Below, piece by piece: positions 39,657-51,281 of a stretch of DNA of 64,000 nt. The notes below the pieces were generated by a model that saw only the letters and a list, made by a program, of their open reading frames with translations, ran no database searches and was not told the origin of the DNA. The first letter of the stretch is position 1. Each line of letters begins with the position of its first letter. Made by a program: the position numbers and the translations under genes. The DNA lies in contig CM102289.1 in NCBI GenBank assembly GCA_046563655.1, forward strand, positions 4,650,001 through 4,714,000, written 5' to 3'. Origin of the DNA: Yuukianura sp. NJ FZ-2021. Its lineage: Eukaryota.

Positions 39657-42600
39657 ATGCGACACCATTTTCACCTCCTGTTGACCTTGGCCCCCATCTT
39701 CCACCTCTTGTCTCCTACCCAAGCTGCTGACTACTTCGAGTACAAGAAACAGTTCAGACCTTGTACTCTTCTTCAGTTCAAGTAACACACAGTCCAATTT
39801 TTTTGAAGTTGTTTTCCGAATTTAATTGCATTTGCATTGCATGTTTTCTACTAAGGTCGTTGACTTTTAAGAATGCTGGAGGCCTGGAAAGTGTTCCTCC
39901 AGGATACACATTCTTCACAGCGAAAGATGGGAACGTGACATACGAAGTAAAATCTCTAGAAGATCAGTGCAAAGCGAAGCACTGTCACGATGGTCCTTTT
40001 CAGCAAGAATGCAAAAGCCTGGAATCCGGTGACCAAGTTGTAAGGCAATATTTAAAGGAACGCTATGTTGAAAATTGAAGTTTAATAAAAACCAATTTGT
40101 TGATTCTGAATTTCAGGATTTTCAAAACAGTTTCAATGAAACGCTCATCTGTATATGCGAATCTGTAAGAACGCCGCCACAAATTTCAACAAAACAATTT
40201 TTGCACTGATTGCATCTTTTTCAAATTGTTTGTTTAAAGTAATTACAAGAAGAATTTGTTCTCAAGGATGTTCCTGAAATTCTACAAGACCAACCGTTTG
40301 ACAGGAACCACACGGGAGCCGTGTTCTCCCCTTATGTCAAAAACTGGTCAAAGGTCAGCTCTGACGGAACCAGCGTCATTTCCAAATGGAATAACTACAC
40401 ACTCGATGAAGTCAAGAGTCTCATCTCCATCTTAGCTACAAAGTTCAAAAGATTCTCAACATACGGAATTGGTGCAACTTGTAAGTTTCGAAATCCCCAT
40501 CTCTCCCCAAATTCAAAATCAAAAAAGTATACATAACTTTTTTCTGTAAATTTTGTCAGCAACTTCTCGATCTTGGGATGGCGGAGATTCAACAGGGCTT
40601 GTCCCAGTTGCCACAGCCCAAATTAACCAACTTATAGTGTCCAAAGGACTTTCACCACTTACAATTCTCCAGGGAATTTATCAAAACGAGTACAATGAAA
40701 TTCGGAACCAAGAAATCAGAAATGCACTGACGGCTGCGCGAGACGCCAACGCCATATTTCCTGGAACTGTTATTGGACTCATTTTTACCAGCGACTATGT
40801 AACTAACAATGCCACGGCAAACGAAGTTTGTTCACTTCTGGACCAGTACAGAAACGAAACAGAGGAATTGAAACTGAAAGTTGGAGTTCGACTCAAAAGT
40901 TGCACAGACATCATCCCCACGAAGCTACCAGAGGCTGAGTAATTCAAAACAAAATTTTTACTTCGGTAAAAATCGAGTCCAAAATTCAAAATTATGCGCT
41001 TTTTTTAAGCAATCACTTGCACAGTCTTCCTGGCAACTACACATACGCCCAGTTCCAATCAGGAGAGCCAGAATCCATCTTCCAAAATCTGCTGAAGCGT
41101 GTGGACTTTATAATTTGTTCAAATCCTCCGCCAGCATTTTTAGTCGACGAAGCAATGGAGGATGTCGTGATGCAGTATGGATCCATTTTTCTCAAAATCC
41201 AAGATTTACTGCGCGGAGTAAAGCCAAATCTGACTGTGATTGCGCAAGGTGGATGGGCCAGTTGGGGAGTCAGTAGAAACGGAGCCACAAACAACGTTAC
41301 CAATATGGTTGAATTCTGGAATCGGATGGATGCCTGGGCGCATGAGCATTCCTTCCTACTCGACATGTTCGAATCCTTCGACGAACCTTGGAAGACTGAT
41401 GTGAATGACCGGAGTAGTGCCAGTGGTGGGCCCAGTGGTCCAGTAGGAGCAGAAGGGAACTACGGCTGGTGGAAACGATATGACAGCGCCAGTGGAAACT
41501 TCTACACTTACGTCCCCAAAGTTCAAGGTCGGCACCACTCACGCTAATTTTTTGAGTACCATCAATTTTGACCTTTGTTGGCATTTTTAGAGCTGGAAAG
41601 TGTTTACCCAGAGACAGACAACTTTAAGACTACTGCTGGAATGGACTCTGTTACTCTTGCGCTCGTCACGGTTATCGTGGGTGTTTTGGGTCTCACTGGG
41701 TTTCTAGTCTGGCGTCTAAAAAAGTCCAGGGTGACGTCCATATCAAAAATCTGATTTTCAAATGGAAATTTTGAATTGTATTTTGACATTTTGACTTGAA
41801 TTTTTGAATTCTAGAAAAGTAGTATATCGGCGGAAGCATTGGAAATGGCTTTGGAATTTCGAAATGGGCTTGCACTGTCGTCGGAGTCTGTGGAGAAATT
41901 AGCGCAGAAGTCAGACGGAGGAATGCCGCTGGATATGATGGAATCCAACGGAGGGAAATCGTATATTTTTGCGCTCCGTTTTCCATATGACAAAAAATAC
42001 GAATTGGACAAGAAATCATTCACTGTCGGTAAGAACCGTCTCTTACAAAACTTTTTTGAACTTACAAAATTGAAATGTTAACATAACCTGAATTGGAATG
42101 GACAGACGAAGACTGTGTACTTGGGGTGGGCAACTATGGCACAGTGTACAAAGGAGAGATTCATGGAGTGGTCACTGAAGCTGCATTCAAAACGCTCAAC
42201 TCCAATGGGTCCATCATTGAACTCAAAAATTTGCTGTCAGAAATCAAAATCATGGCGTATGTTGGACAGCATCCAAACATTCTCATGCTCATAGGAGCTT
42301 ACACTGCCAAAATCGAACATGGTAAACAACCTAGTCTAACTTTGGTTTCGAAGCAACTCACCCTAAACTAAAATATCTGCAAATATAATGCCAAATATTT
42401 TCAATCTTAGGAGTTATTTACGTGGCTACAGAGTTCTGTGGTCTCGGTTCCCTAGAAAAGTATTTGAGGGCTCAACGTCCTAACTATCAAGATGGATCTC
42501 AACCTCCTGCGCCTGCGCCACTTCCTGCCCTGAACTACGTCATGGCATTCATGTAACAGCTTTCAAAAATTAAAAACTTACTAACTTATGTAATTATAAT

Positions 42601-43371
42601 TGCATTTTCGAAATTTCAGTCAATCCGATCCTATCCCTTCGTCTTTCATAATTCCTCAAAAGTCTTTGACATTAGCGGATTTGCTTAAGTGGGCCTATGA
42701 AATTGCCTGTGGAATGGAACATATTGCCAACAAAAAGGTTAAACCTAACCTAAATTTCGTAATACAAACTTTTACAACAAAATTTTAAAAATATTAACAC
42801 TACGATTCTTGCGCAGGTCGTCCACTCTGACTTGGCCACTCGGAACGTTCTGCTGACTTCCGATGGAACTGCGAAGGTGGCTGACTTCGGTTTATCTCGG
42901 CAATTGTACTACCATACGAATTACCTTAAATCTAATCGGAACGAGGAGTTGCCATGGCGATGGATGAGCGTCGAGTCTCTCCGATCACTCGTCTTTTCCA
43001 CCCATTCAGACGTCTGGACATTCGGAGTCACTCTGTGGGAAATACTCAGCCTAGCACAACTGCCCTACCCGGGAGTACCCGGATGGACGCCATCTTTCCT
43101 CCATGAACTGGAGGCAAACGACTACCGTATGGAACCGCCCCCACATGGATCACCGCAAATGTGAGCACTTCAAAAGCTATCTTTACTTAACTTAATATGT
43201 ATTACTAATACATTTCCGTCTTCCTTATACTTTTATGTTCTTAGGTACGAACTTATGCTCAAATGCTGGGCAAAGGATCCAGTCGCTCGTCCGACCTTCA
43301 CGTCACTCAAGGAAACACTTCTTCTGGAATGCCAAAAACAAAGCCAACATTCAAATGGAAGACCAATATGA
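39657..43371 (+). CDS. Receptor tyrosine kinase (PDGFR/VEGFR-like kinase) with GH17 glucanase-like ectodomain
   Basis: Thirteen phase-consistent exons: 39657-39781, 39856-40039, 40117-40164, 40267-40480, 40560-40938, 41025-41527, 41591-41730, 41815-42028, 42106-42321, 42411-42552, 42620-42737, 42817-43160, 43245-43371. Signal peptide; GH17-like motifs; TM VTLALVTVIVGVLGLTGFLVW; kinase motifs GVGNYG, AFK, SEIKIM, HSDLATRN, DFGLSR, LPWRWMSVE, SDVWTFG and CW...RPTF. Confidence 0.85.
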
Positions 43372-44314
43372 ACTGCTCTTAAATTTAAACGCATAGGTTA
43401 ACAAAACAAACTTTTGAGAAATTCTAGTTTTAAAACACAAGTCATTTAAAGTATATTTAAAATATCAACGAAACTTAGAAGCAGTTAAACAAATTATCTG
43501 TTATGGAGTTTCCCCTTTTCACATTAACGTAATCGCGTGGTGGTAAAGTAAGCGTTACTTGCATGAAACGTTCTATGACCAAAAATTTTATTGACGCGCA
43601 AATCGAAGACAGTGTATTTTTTTTCGTTAAATTCAAAGTAGGCCGAAAGTTATTATTGTTTGATTAAAAAGTATTTTGAAGAAATTGCGTAGGAGAGAAT
43701 GAGTGAAAGTTACTTCGTGCGATTCATGTGCTTAAAATGAGTGATTGTTGACCCGACCTACTGAACATGGAGATAAACTCAGAGGTCAAAAGTCAAATCA
43801 ACAAGTAGAGCTATGGAAGATTTTTGAAGTTGAAGGCAGCTCAGAAGCACAAGCTACACACACACTCAGAAACAAATATCTATAGGTTTAAAAAGGTTAT
43901 GACCTTTTGATGACATCCACAAAAAGCATTTCCTAGAGTTGTGCATCCAAAATAATCCGTCATAACAAACAAGCGAGTTTCGCAACTCCATTCACACAAG
44001 CATTTTTTATTCTTAGAAGATGGCTTTATAATTAAAAATGTAAAACGTGGTGGGTTGCGTAATGATGCAATGTGAGTGATGAAAGGAGGAAGTTTTATTC
44101 AAAACTAAACACTAAATTGAAAATGAGAGAATTGGACTAAACTAGAACTTAATTAGATTTGTTTCCAGAAACAAACCAGAATTTAATATTTTCAGAAAAA
44201 GGAGACTAAAAAAATTCAATTTGGCCACGTTTGAAAATTAAAAAAAGTAATGAAATTTAATTTAATTTAAGCTTAATGTCTGTGACGCCAAGTAAAAATG
44301 TCACAGGATATTTT

Positions 44315-45253
44315 CTAGTGTTTGTTCTTGCTAAGAAAGATTTTGGCCATAAGGCATTGAGCGCTCCCTCCCCCAACTTCCTCAATCGTTGACAAATCAG
44401 AGTGCAGGATTCGATTGTACGATTCCAACTTAGCTCGTTGTGCCTCCGAAAGCGACTTGAATGCTCCAGTTGACATGACCAGAAACACCTCTCCGTCAGA
44501 ATTCTGCAACTGGATCATGTTTCCAACGAAACTGTGCAATTGCACACGCGTGATTGGCAGTACTTCTTTGCCAGTTGCCTCCAAGGTGGCAGCCAGCAGT
44601 TGACGCTCTGCAAGATCTTCGATGGATTCCAAGCACACGAGAGCATATCGGTCTGCAATGCACATCATCACATCCGTGTGGTAGATGGGGACTCCATTTT
44701 CGTCTTTGGCTTCGAAGATGACATAGTTGGCCACTCCAAGGTCGTCGACAACTTTCTGAACGAGTTCCTTGTGGGTGCGACCGGAAAGGCAAGCGTAAGC
44801 GACTTGATTGTAGTAGTCAACGATGACAGATCCAGCCCCTTCGCAGTACTTTTCTTCAGCTTCAAAGTGGGACCAGTCGAAGAGCTGAGTAACGTTGAAC
44901 GTTGTTTTGAGGAGGTCAATGAGGTGGGGCTTTCGTTCCTGCCTTCGATTCTGGGCTTCCATTGGGTAGAAGCAGAGAGAGCCATCGGGTAGGGTGGAGA
45001 CCCAGTTCGTAGGGAAGATGGAGTCCGGCGTATGCGGAGTGTAGGAGTCGGTTCCCACGGTAACGTCGATCTTGTGGTCGCGCAGCAGTTGGACCATGCC
45101 ATCGAACTCTTGAAGAGCCTTTGGTTGAGTGTTCCCAATCAACCCATTCATTGGCTCCTGCTGGAACATATTGTCATGCGCAGTTTGGTAGTTGAACTCA
45201 AAGCGAACCGGACGAACCATGAAAACTTCGCGGCAAATTGACGGGTCAGTCAT
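44315..45253 (-). CDS. Bacterial-type amidinotransferase / arginine-deiminase superfamily protein (CtlX-like), intronless CDS
   Basis: 312 aa with motifs MVRP, TAHDNMFQ, TPDSIFPTNW, YPMEAQNRRQE, EGAGS, AYACLSGRT, IYHTDVMM, GNMIQL and GGGSAQC. Confidence 0.88.
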   Translation of the reverse strand: MTDPSICREVFMVRPVRFEFNYQTAHDNMFQQEPMNGLIGNTQPKALQEFDGMVQLLRDHKIDVTVGTDSYTPHTPDSIFPTNWVSTLPDGSLCFYPMEAQNRRQERKPHLIDLLKTTFNVTQLFDWSHFEAEEKYCEGAGSVIVDYYNQVAYACLSGRTHKELVQKVVDDLGVANYVIFEAKDENGVPIYHTDVMMCIADRYALVCLESIEDLAERQLLAATLEATGKEVLPITRVQLHSFVGNMIQLQNSDGEVFLVMSTGAFKSLSEAQRAKLESYNRILHSDLSTIEEVGGGSAQCLMAKIFLSKNKH

Positions 45254-46663
45254 TTTCTACAAACAAAGAAAACCATTAATTACTACATGAGTTTTAGAAC
45301 GTAGTAGGAAAATCAGTTATGCATTCTTACCCTAGATGCTGATATCTTTAGAAGTATATGGAACTGTTAGCTTCTTATTTAGACTTTGTTAGCGTTGATA
45401 GCAATTGACACTAAATTGAAAGATGTGTTTGCGTTGACGAGTTGATTGAAACTGGAACGTTAAGTCGATTCGGGGTCAACTTTAAACACAAACTGTCGGT
45501 GGCTGTGGGTCGTCACAGGGTGAATTGACAACGTCAACGGAGGGTTGTTGATGGATAAATCCACGTCAAAGCCTGTTGTTGTTGTGGCATGTTCTTGTTT
45601 GTGCTACTTTAATGCAGTTAAGCCCTAGCGTCAGAGGAAAGTCTGGGAATCAATTTGGACTTTGAAACAAAGCCTCCCAATGAGTCGTAAAACTTTAGAA
45701 AAGAAACTATTCAGTACAAACTAACCTCATATCACTTCAGCAAAACTTTCCAAAAGGCCTCAAATCTAATTGGAAAATTCAAACAATTGTAGTAGGTCAA
45801 ACCGTAATATTTTTAGAAACGGCTTTCCCAAATGCAATGCAAACAAACTCAACCGTTAAAAACATATCTAGAATTCCTTTTCTCTCTTCGCAGAATTAAG
45901 GAAATTACATTAATTCCATTGGAAATGAGCGAACGAAAGATAGAAGAGCAAAAATGAGGAAAATAAAGTCAAATAATGTCGAAACTAAAGTAAAAGAAAC
46001 TAAACTTTACTCCCGGAATTAACAGGAGTATTATGTTCGGATCTTATCTCTGCGTAACCTTTGAGGCTGACCTAAGTTGAGTTTTGAGCATGTGGCACTT
46101 TTGCGCATCTAAGCGAATCAATCAGAATTAACAACAATCCCAAAAAGTGAGCGAGTGATCAGCATATCGAGCAGCGATTTTGTTTCAGACACTTAAAAGA
46201 TTAGGCGTCTCTTAATTATATTCGCGTTGAGACGACGAGACATAGCATGAACGCATGAACCTAATGACGACTGGAACATGGGAACCAGTTTATAGAGCAA
46301 CTGAAACTGGACACTTCCAGTCATAAAAGTGTCTCTGGGATTTTGTCAACCGGATTATTGCTGTATTAAAAAAACAGAATTATGTACCATATTCTTAACA
46401 TTGTTTAAAATGGAGAAGGGGGGAAGGTATGGAGGGCCATGTCATGCATGCATGACAATGCTTGACATGATGTCAAGCATTGTCTACACTGTGGCCTCTG
46501 AAATACTATGGGGAAGTGAAATCAAACAGTCAATATTTTAATGTCTAAATACAGGCATGGGTTACATGTAGAGTCGTCATCCTGCGTCAGCGTTTAACGA
46601 TTCAAGACATAAAAATATAATGAGTTTTCGCGAGATATCTAACTATTAAAGGACACTTGTGAT

Positions 46664-48511
46664 TTATCGCTTTGGCCTTGGTCGCATTGACATTTGATGT
46701 GCCTGAACAGGAGCTCTTGAATTACTCTTGTCACGTACTGGCGGCTGCCTTACTGACTTTTTGAAAATCGTATTGGATATACCGACTACGAGAGAGAATA
46801 GCTGCAGTCTCCGATTTCTGAAACAAAGAGGAAATCAGTACATTTGGTTCAAAACCTAAGAAGATGATGTGTGCAATGGAGGTACCCTTTGACAACGACT
46901 GCCTCTGCCTCATTTCCACTGATGATGAAAAGTGGGAAGACGATGCTGAAGCAGCAGCCACTGATGACGAAATCATTCGGCCACCACGTAACGAGTGTGA
47001 GCGGAAGTCCGAAGCCCAGGAAGTAGGGCCAGTTGGACTCGAGGTATGACAGTCGTTGATGTAATGGCCATCCCATTTGGATCCACTTATACTCGAATGA
47101 GTAGAGCGAGTAGAAGAGGCACATGTGGAACAGAAATAGAAACTGGTTCAGGATCGGAATGGGTATCAACAGCACTGCCTTGGCCTGTCAATCGATTATC
47201 AGTTAAATGCGTATAGTCAAGAAAGTTTAAAACCAAAGATACGGGAGATCTTGCCTTACCTGGATAAGGAAGAGGAGTTGAATTAGGATGGAAAACAAAT
47301 TGTCTGCTACAAGCGAACTGAGATTGGGCAATCCCTTTGGACGTCCTATTGAGTATCGATAGGCAAGGGTACCAATGTCCTAGTTAATAAAACCACAGAT
47401 ACGTGACACATTGATTCGTACTAAATTGTTTTAACAAATCCCACTTCAAAATTGAGGTAAATTTGAAAAAAAAAAGTCTGCATTCTTTGGTACACATTTG
47501 TAGAATAAAACGGGTTCAAACGATGACGAGGAGTCGAGTCAACACTCACCTGAAACCATAATGAGTTGACAGCACCACTAAGAATATATAAGGGAATTAT
47601 CCATAGAGTTCCGAAGGTCAGCTGAAGACACAACTCTAGCCAGTACCACAAGTCTGTTGTGGAGTCAAAGAGTGTCGTTAGAATTAACTGAAAATAGAGG
47701 ATAAGCGAAGTTGAAGTTACATGCAGTGTACCTTGCGATTATTGAATGGCATTTTTAGGGTTTTACCTTAAGTAGAGGTAGGACGAGTTTATTAAAAGTC
47801 ATAACCGATGCACCAAAGACTAGGCCATTGAGTGAGCAGCACTGTAACACACGTTTCAGCAGTCGAGGTTCTCTAAATGAACAGCAGAGAAAAACAAAAA
47901 CAATTAATATTTTGCACCAAAAGCATATCAGTAGCAATCACTTGAGGCGGATTCATGAAACAAGGGATATCGGCTCACTCCTTGCTAATGTGGATTGTTG
48001 TCCTGTTTGTGCGTTTGAGTTCATGGAATTGAGTCCTTTCGTTGTGCTAAAACCGATCCACTCAAAATGAAAGATTGAATTTGTAATTGTTTACTTTGCA
48101 AAACGTGCGTGACCCTTGACTTACGGCCTTCTTCTGCATGGAGTCAAGTGTGAACAACCAGTAGATTCCTTTGATACTGTCGAAGGTCCCCTTCGCAACT
48201 GCAAGAACAGCATCCTAGAGAAATCGAACGAAAACGAGAAGAACAGTATATTAGTATTAACAATAATTTTTTTTTCCAACTTTTTAGTTTTTTTATTTCA
48301 TTCAAAATTAGTTTCTAAATACAACTTTCAACTGCCAAAGGCAGGTTGAGTAATTATTGTTATTAATTAATTAGAATTGTTTATTGATTATAATAACAGT
48401 AAATGGGTTCCTCACGAAATTTATCACACGAAGTACAGTTGACTGACAGAAACTTCGGAAAACAAAGGGATAGTAAAAAGCTAAAGTGTTTTTGCTCACC
48501 TTAATACTCAT
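46664..48511 (-). CDS. EI24: Etoposide-induced protein 2.4 (autophagy-associated membrane protein)
   Basis: Start MSIK|gtgagc; motifs RVLQCCSLNG, LWIIPLY, YSLYSFEYKW, ESNWPYFLGFGLP, SGCCFSIVFPLFIISGNEA and RLQLFSLVV; stop at 46664. Confidence 0.9.
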
Positions 48512-49116
48512 ACTTGGTATACGTTGGGTTTTGGGTCCCGATTCCTTATTCGCAATCACTAATCTACACCCTGCTAATTTCTACAACGTGTTAATTTAAG
48601 ATTAGTTAGACGATAATTAAAAACTATAACCTAAACTGAATTGCACAATCATTTCAATAAACTTCCTGACTTCTTGCTTTCATCACTCAATCTTTTCCTT
48701 TCTCTGTCAGCTGTTTTCGGAAAGTTTTTTCTCATCCATTTCATCCAATCCAATCCAATGCTTTATTTCAAAGCATTAGAGGAGTTGAAATCGTACGTGA
48801 ACTTACACGTTCACTTAGGAGTTTTGAGTTACGCGAGCTTTTCGGGTTAGGGGGCGCTAGTGCGGAGGACTTTCTCCGTAAGTAAACTTACACGTTTGGC
48901 TAAGTTTGAACGCACAAATCATGATTTGTGCGTTTGGACCTACGTTCAGTTTTCAATGTTGGATTTTCAGTTATATTGTATTAAATTATTATTGTATTAA
49001 TTAAAACAAGTTGTATTTATGATAAAAACAATATAATATATAATATAATATTATATATTATTATACATTATATCATTTTACCTACATTATATATTATGCT
49101 AAAATTTAGATATTTC

Positions 49117-49790
49117 GGTGATCTCCAAAAAAATTTTCAGTGATTAGGGATGATTTTTCAGTGATACTTGAAAAATTCTAAACTGATGATTTAGCAGTGA
49201 TCACTGAAAAATTGTCAGTGATTCCTGAGAATTTTTCAATAATCACTGAGAAATTACCATTGATCACTGAAAAATCACCAGTGATTGCTGAAAAATCGTG
49301 GGTGATCCCTGAAAATCTGTGGTCACTGAAAAATCATCAGTGATCACTGAAAATTTGTTTAGTTGGTCACTGAAAAATCATCAGTGATCACTGAAAATTT
49401 GTTTAGTTGGTCACTGAAAAATCATTAGTGATCACTGAAAATTTGATTGGTTGGTCACTGAAAAATCATCAGTGATCCCTGAAAATCTGTGGTCACTGAA
49501 AAATCATCAATGATCACTGAAAATTTGTTTAATTGGGCACTGAAAAATCATCAGCGATCACTGAAAATTTGATTAGTTGGTCACTGAAAAATCATCAGTG
49601 ATCACTGAAAGCATTTTAGTGGTCAGTCACTGAAAAATCAATGTTCACTGAAAAGTTTTTACTATTTACTGAAGAGGTTTTGGGGGTCACTAAAAAATCA
49701 CCAGTGTTTACAGGAAACTTTTTGGTGGTCGCAAAAATCTACAATGATATTTGAAAAATCCTCGTTGATCACTGAAAAATCATCACTGAT
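49117..49790. repeat. Minisatellite with 44-bp core unit containing the palindrome TCAGTGATCACTGA
   Basis: GGTCACTGAAAAATCATCAGTGATCACTGAAAATTTGTTTAGTT units start at 49321, 49365 and 49409, with degenerate copies on both sides. Confidence 0.9.
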
Positions 49791-50196
49791 GATTAATCAC
49801 TTTCAATGTTGATTAATTAGTGGTAATTTTAACTTTAGGAAAGATGAAGTGAAGACTGAACATGAATAAGTACTTTCTTATGGGGTTTCTGGCATTCCCT
49901 TAGAATTCAATTTTTTCTGAAGTTTACACGTGCGATTTCAACTTGAAATCTCTACGTTAACTTTGAGAGCAAACGTAGAAGGAAAGTGATCAGCTGCATT
50001 CGCGCGTTCTACGTTCAAACCTACGATTTCAATTCCTCTATTATTAGGCGGGGTATCTTTAAATTTTATTTGTGTTAGTGGTTGAAGTAAACTTTGACTC
50101 TGTCCGTTGTACCCCCCAAATTGCATTGTATTGTACCCCGCCCCCCCCCCCCTTTATATAATCCGTGGCGGTAAATTGAAAAAAGCAACAAATCGC

Positions 50197-51050
50197 CCTC
50201 CACGCCATTGTTTCAAATGAATTGTTGAATTGTTTCAAATCGAATTGCTTTAAATGAATTGTTTCAAATCGCATTGCTTCAAATGAATTGTTTCAAATCG
50301 AATTGCTTCAAAAGGTAAATTGTTTCACAAAGTAAACTGTTTCAAACAAAATTGTTTCAAATGGTCAATTGTTTCAAAAGGTAAATTGTTAAAAAAAATT
50401 GTTTCTAAAAAAGTTGTTTCTGAACCCAAATTGCTTCTAAAGGGAAAGTGATTTTCAAAACAATTTCAAATTAACGGACTAGTTAACAACTTAGTTGTTT
50501 GTTCGAAAAATCTTTATTTTAAAAAAATCAAATGCCATTCTCCAAAAAATTTGAAAACAAAGACATGAGCAACAATCGCTGTCAGAATTACGCAAGCGCG
50601 AAACGAGCAAATCCAATTCAACTTAAATTCAAATTCAATTCCTAAAACTAATTTCAAATTACCCAATTACGCAATAAGTACTAACCTTTAAACTTGAGCA
50701 AGTAAAAAAAATAACATACCTCATTGGTATGTTATCACTCTTTGTTCATCGCTCTTTTGCGAATCTATTGACACTCTTTCTTGATCGATCATCTTTTCCG
50801 GAACCTCTGCCCTGTCCCATTTGCGTCATCAAAAACGTCCGTATTATGAGATACCATCTCGCTCAAGAATTTCTCTTCATTCAAACAAACAATGTCCGTG
50901 AAGTATGACCGCGGTTTAACCGGGGTTTTTGGAGGGGGTGACTATTCCTCAGATACGTCGGAATCGCAAGAGAATACGTTACGGTTTTGAACCTTTTCAT
51001 TTGAACCAATTGGATTTGAACCAATTCATTTGAACCAATGGCATGGAACC
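50197..51050. mobile_element. Degenerate foldback-type element(s): AATTGTTTCAAA repeats on the left, TTTGAACC repeats on the right
   Basis: Left end CACGCCATT and right end AATGGCATGGAACC resemble the termini of the 545-720 and 24566-25041 elements. No TSD found, so this may be two fragments. Confidence 0.5.
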
Positions 51051-51281
51051 ATTATCTGTACCTTCGAGGTCTCCCGTGGGCGAACTGGACTTATTAAACT
51101 GCAACAATTTCATATTGCCTTTAATGAACACAGTTGGCAAATAAATGTCAAAGCAATTTAAATCTCCCGCAACTCCCCAGGCTTAGGAGTTCCATCACCA
51201 AAGTCAAAGGTCATACACCTAACCTAACCATCATTCCGTATTCCCCATAAAAACAAATAAAACAGATCAATAATTAAAATT

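Noticed and set aside
44415..45241. Antisense and alternate-frame ORFs over the amidinotransferase-like CDS (likewise over SHMT, cuticle and RTK exons)
   Set aside because: Shadow ORFs of GC-richer coding sequence.
44315..45253. Elevated GC as evidence of horizontal transfer
   Set aside because: Host exons such as SHMT look similarly GC-rich relative to the introns, so composition does not discriminate.
49117..49790. Regular palindromic repeats resembling a CRISPR array
   Set aside because: The 'spacers' are themselves repeated, there are no cas genes, and the context is eukaryotic.
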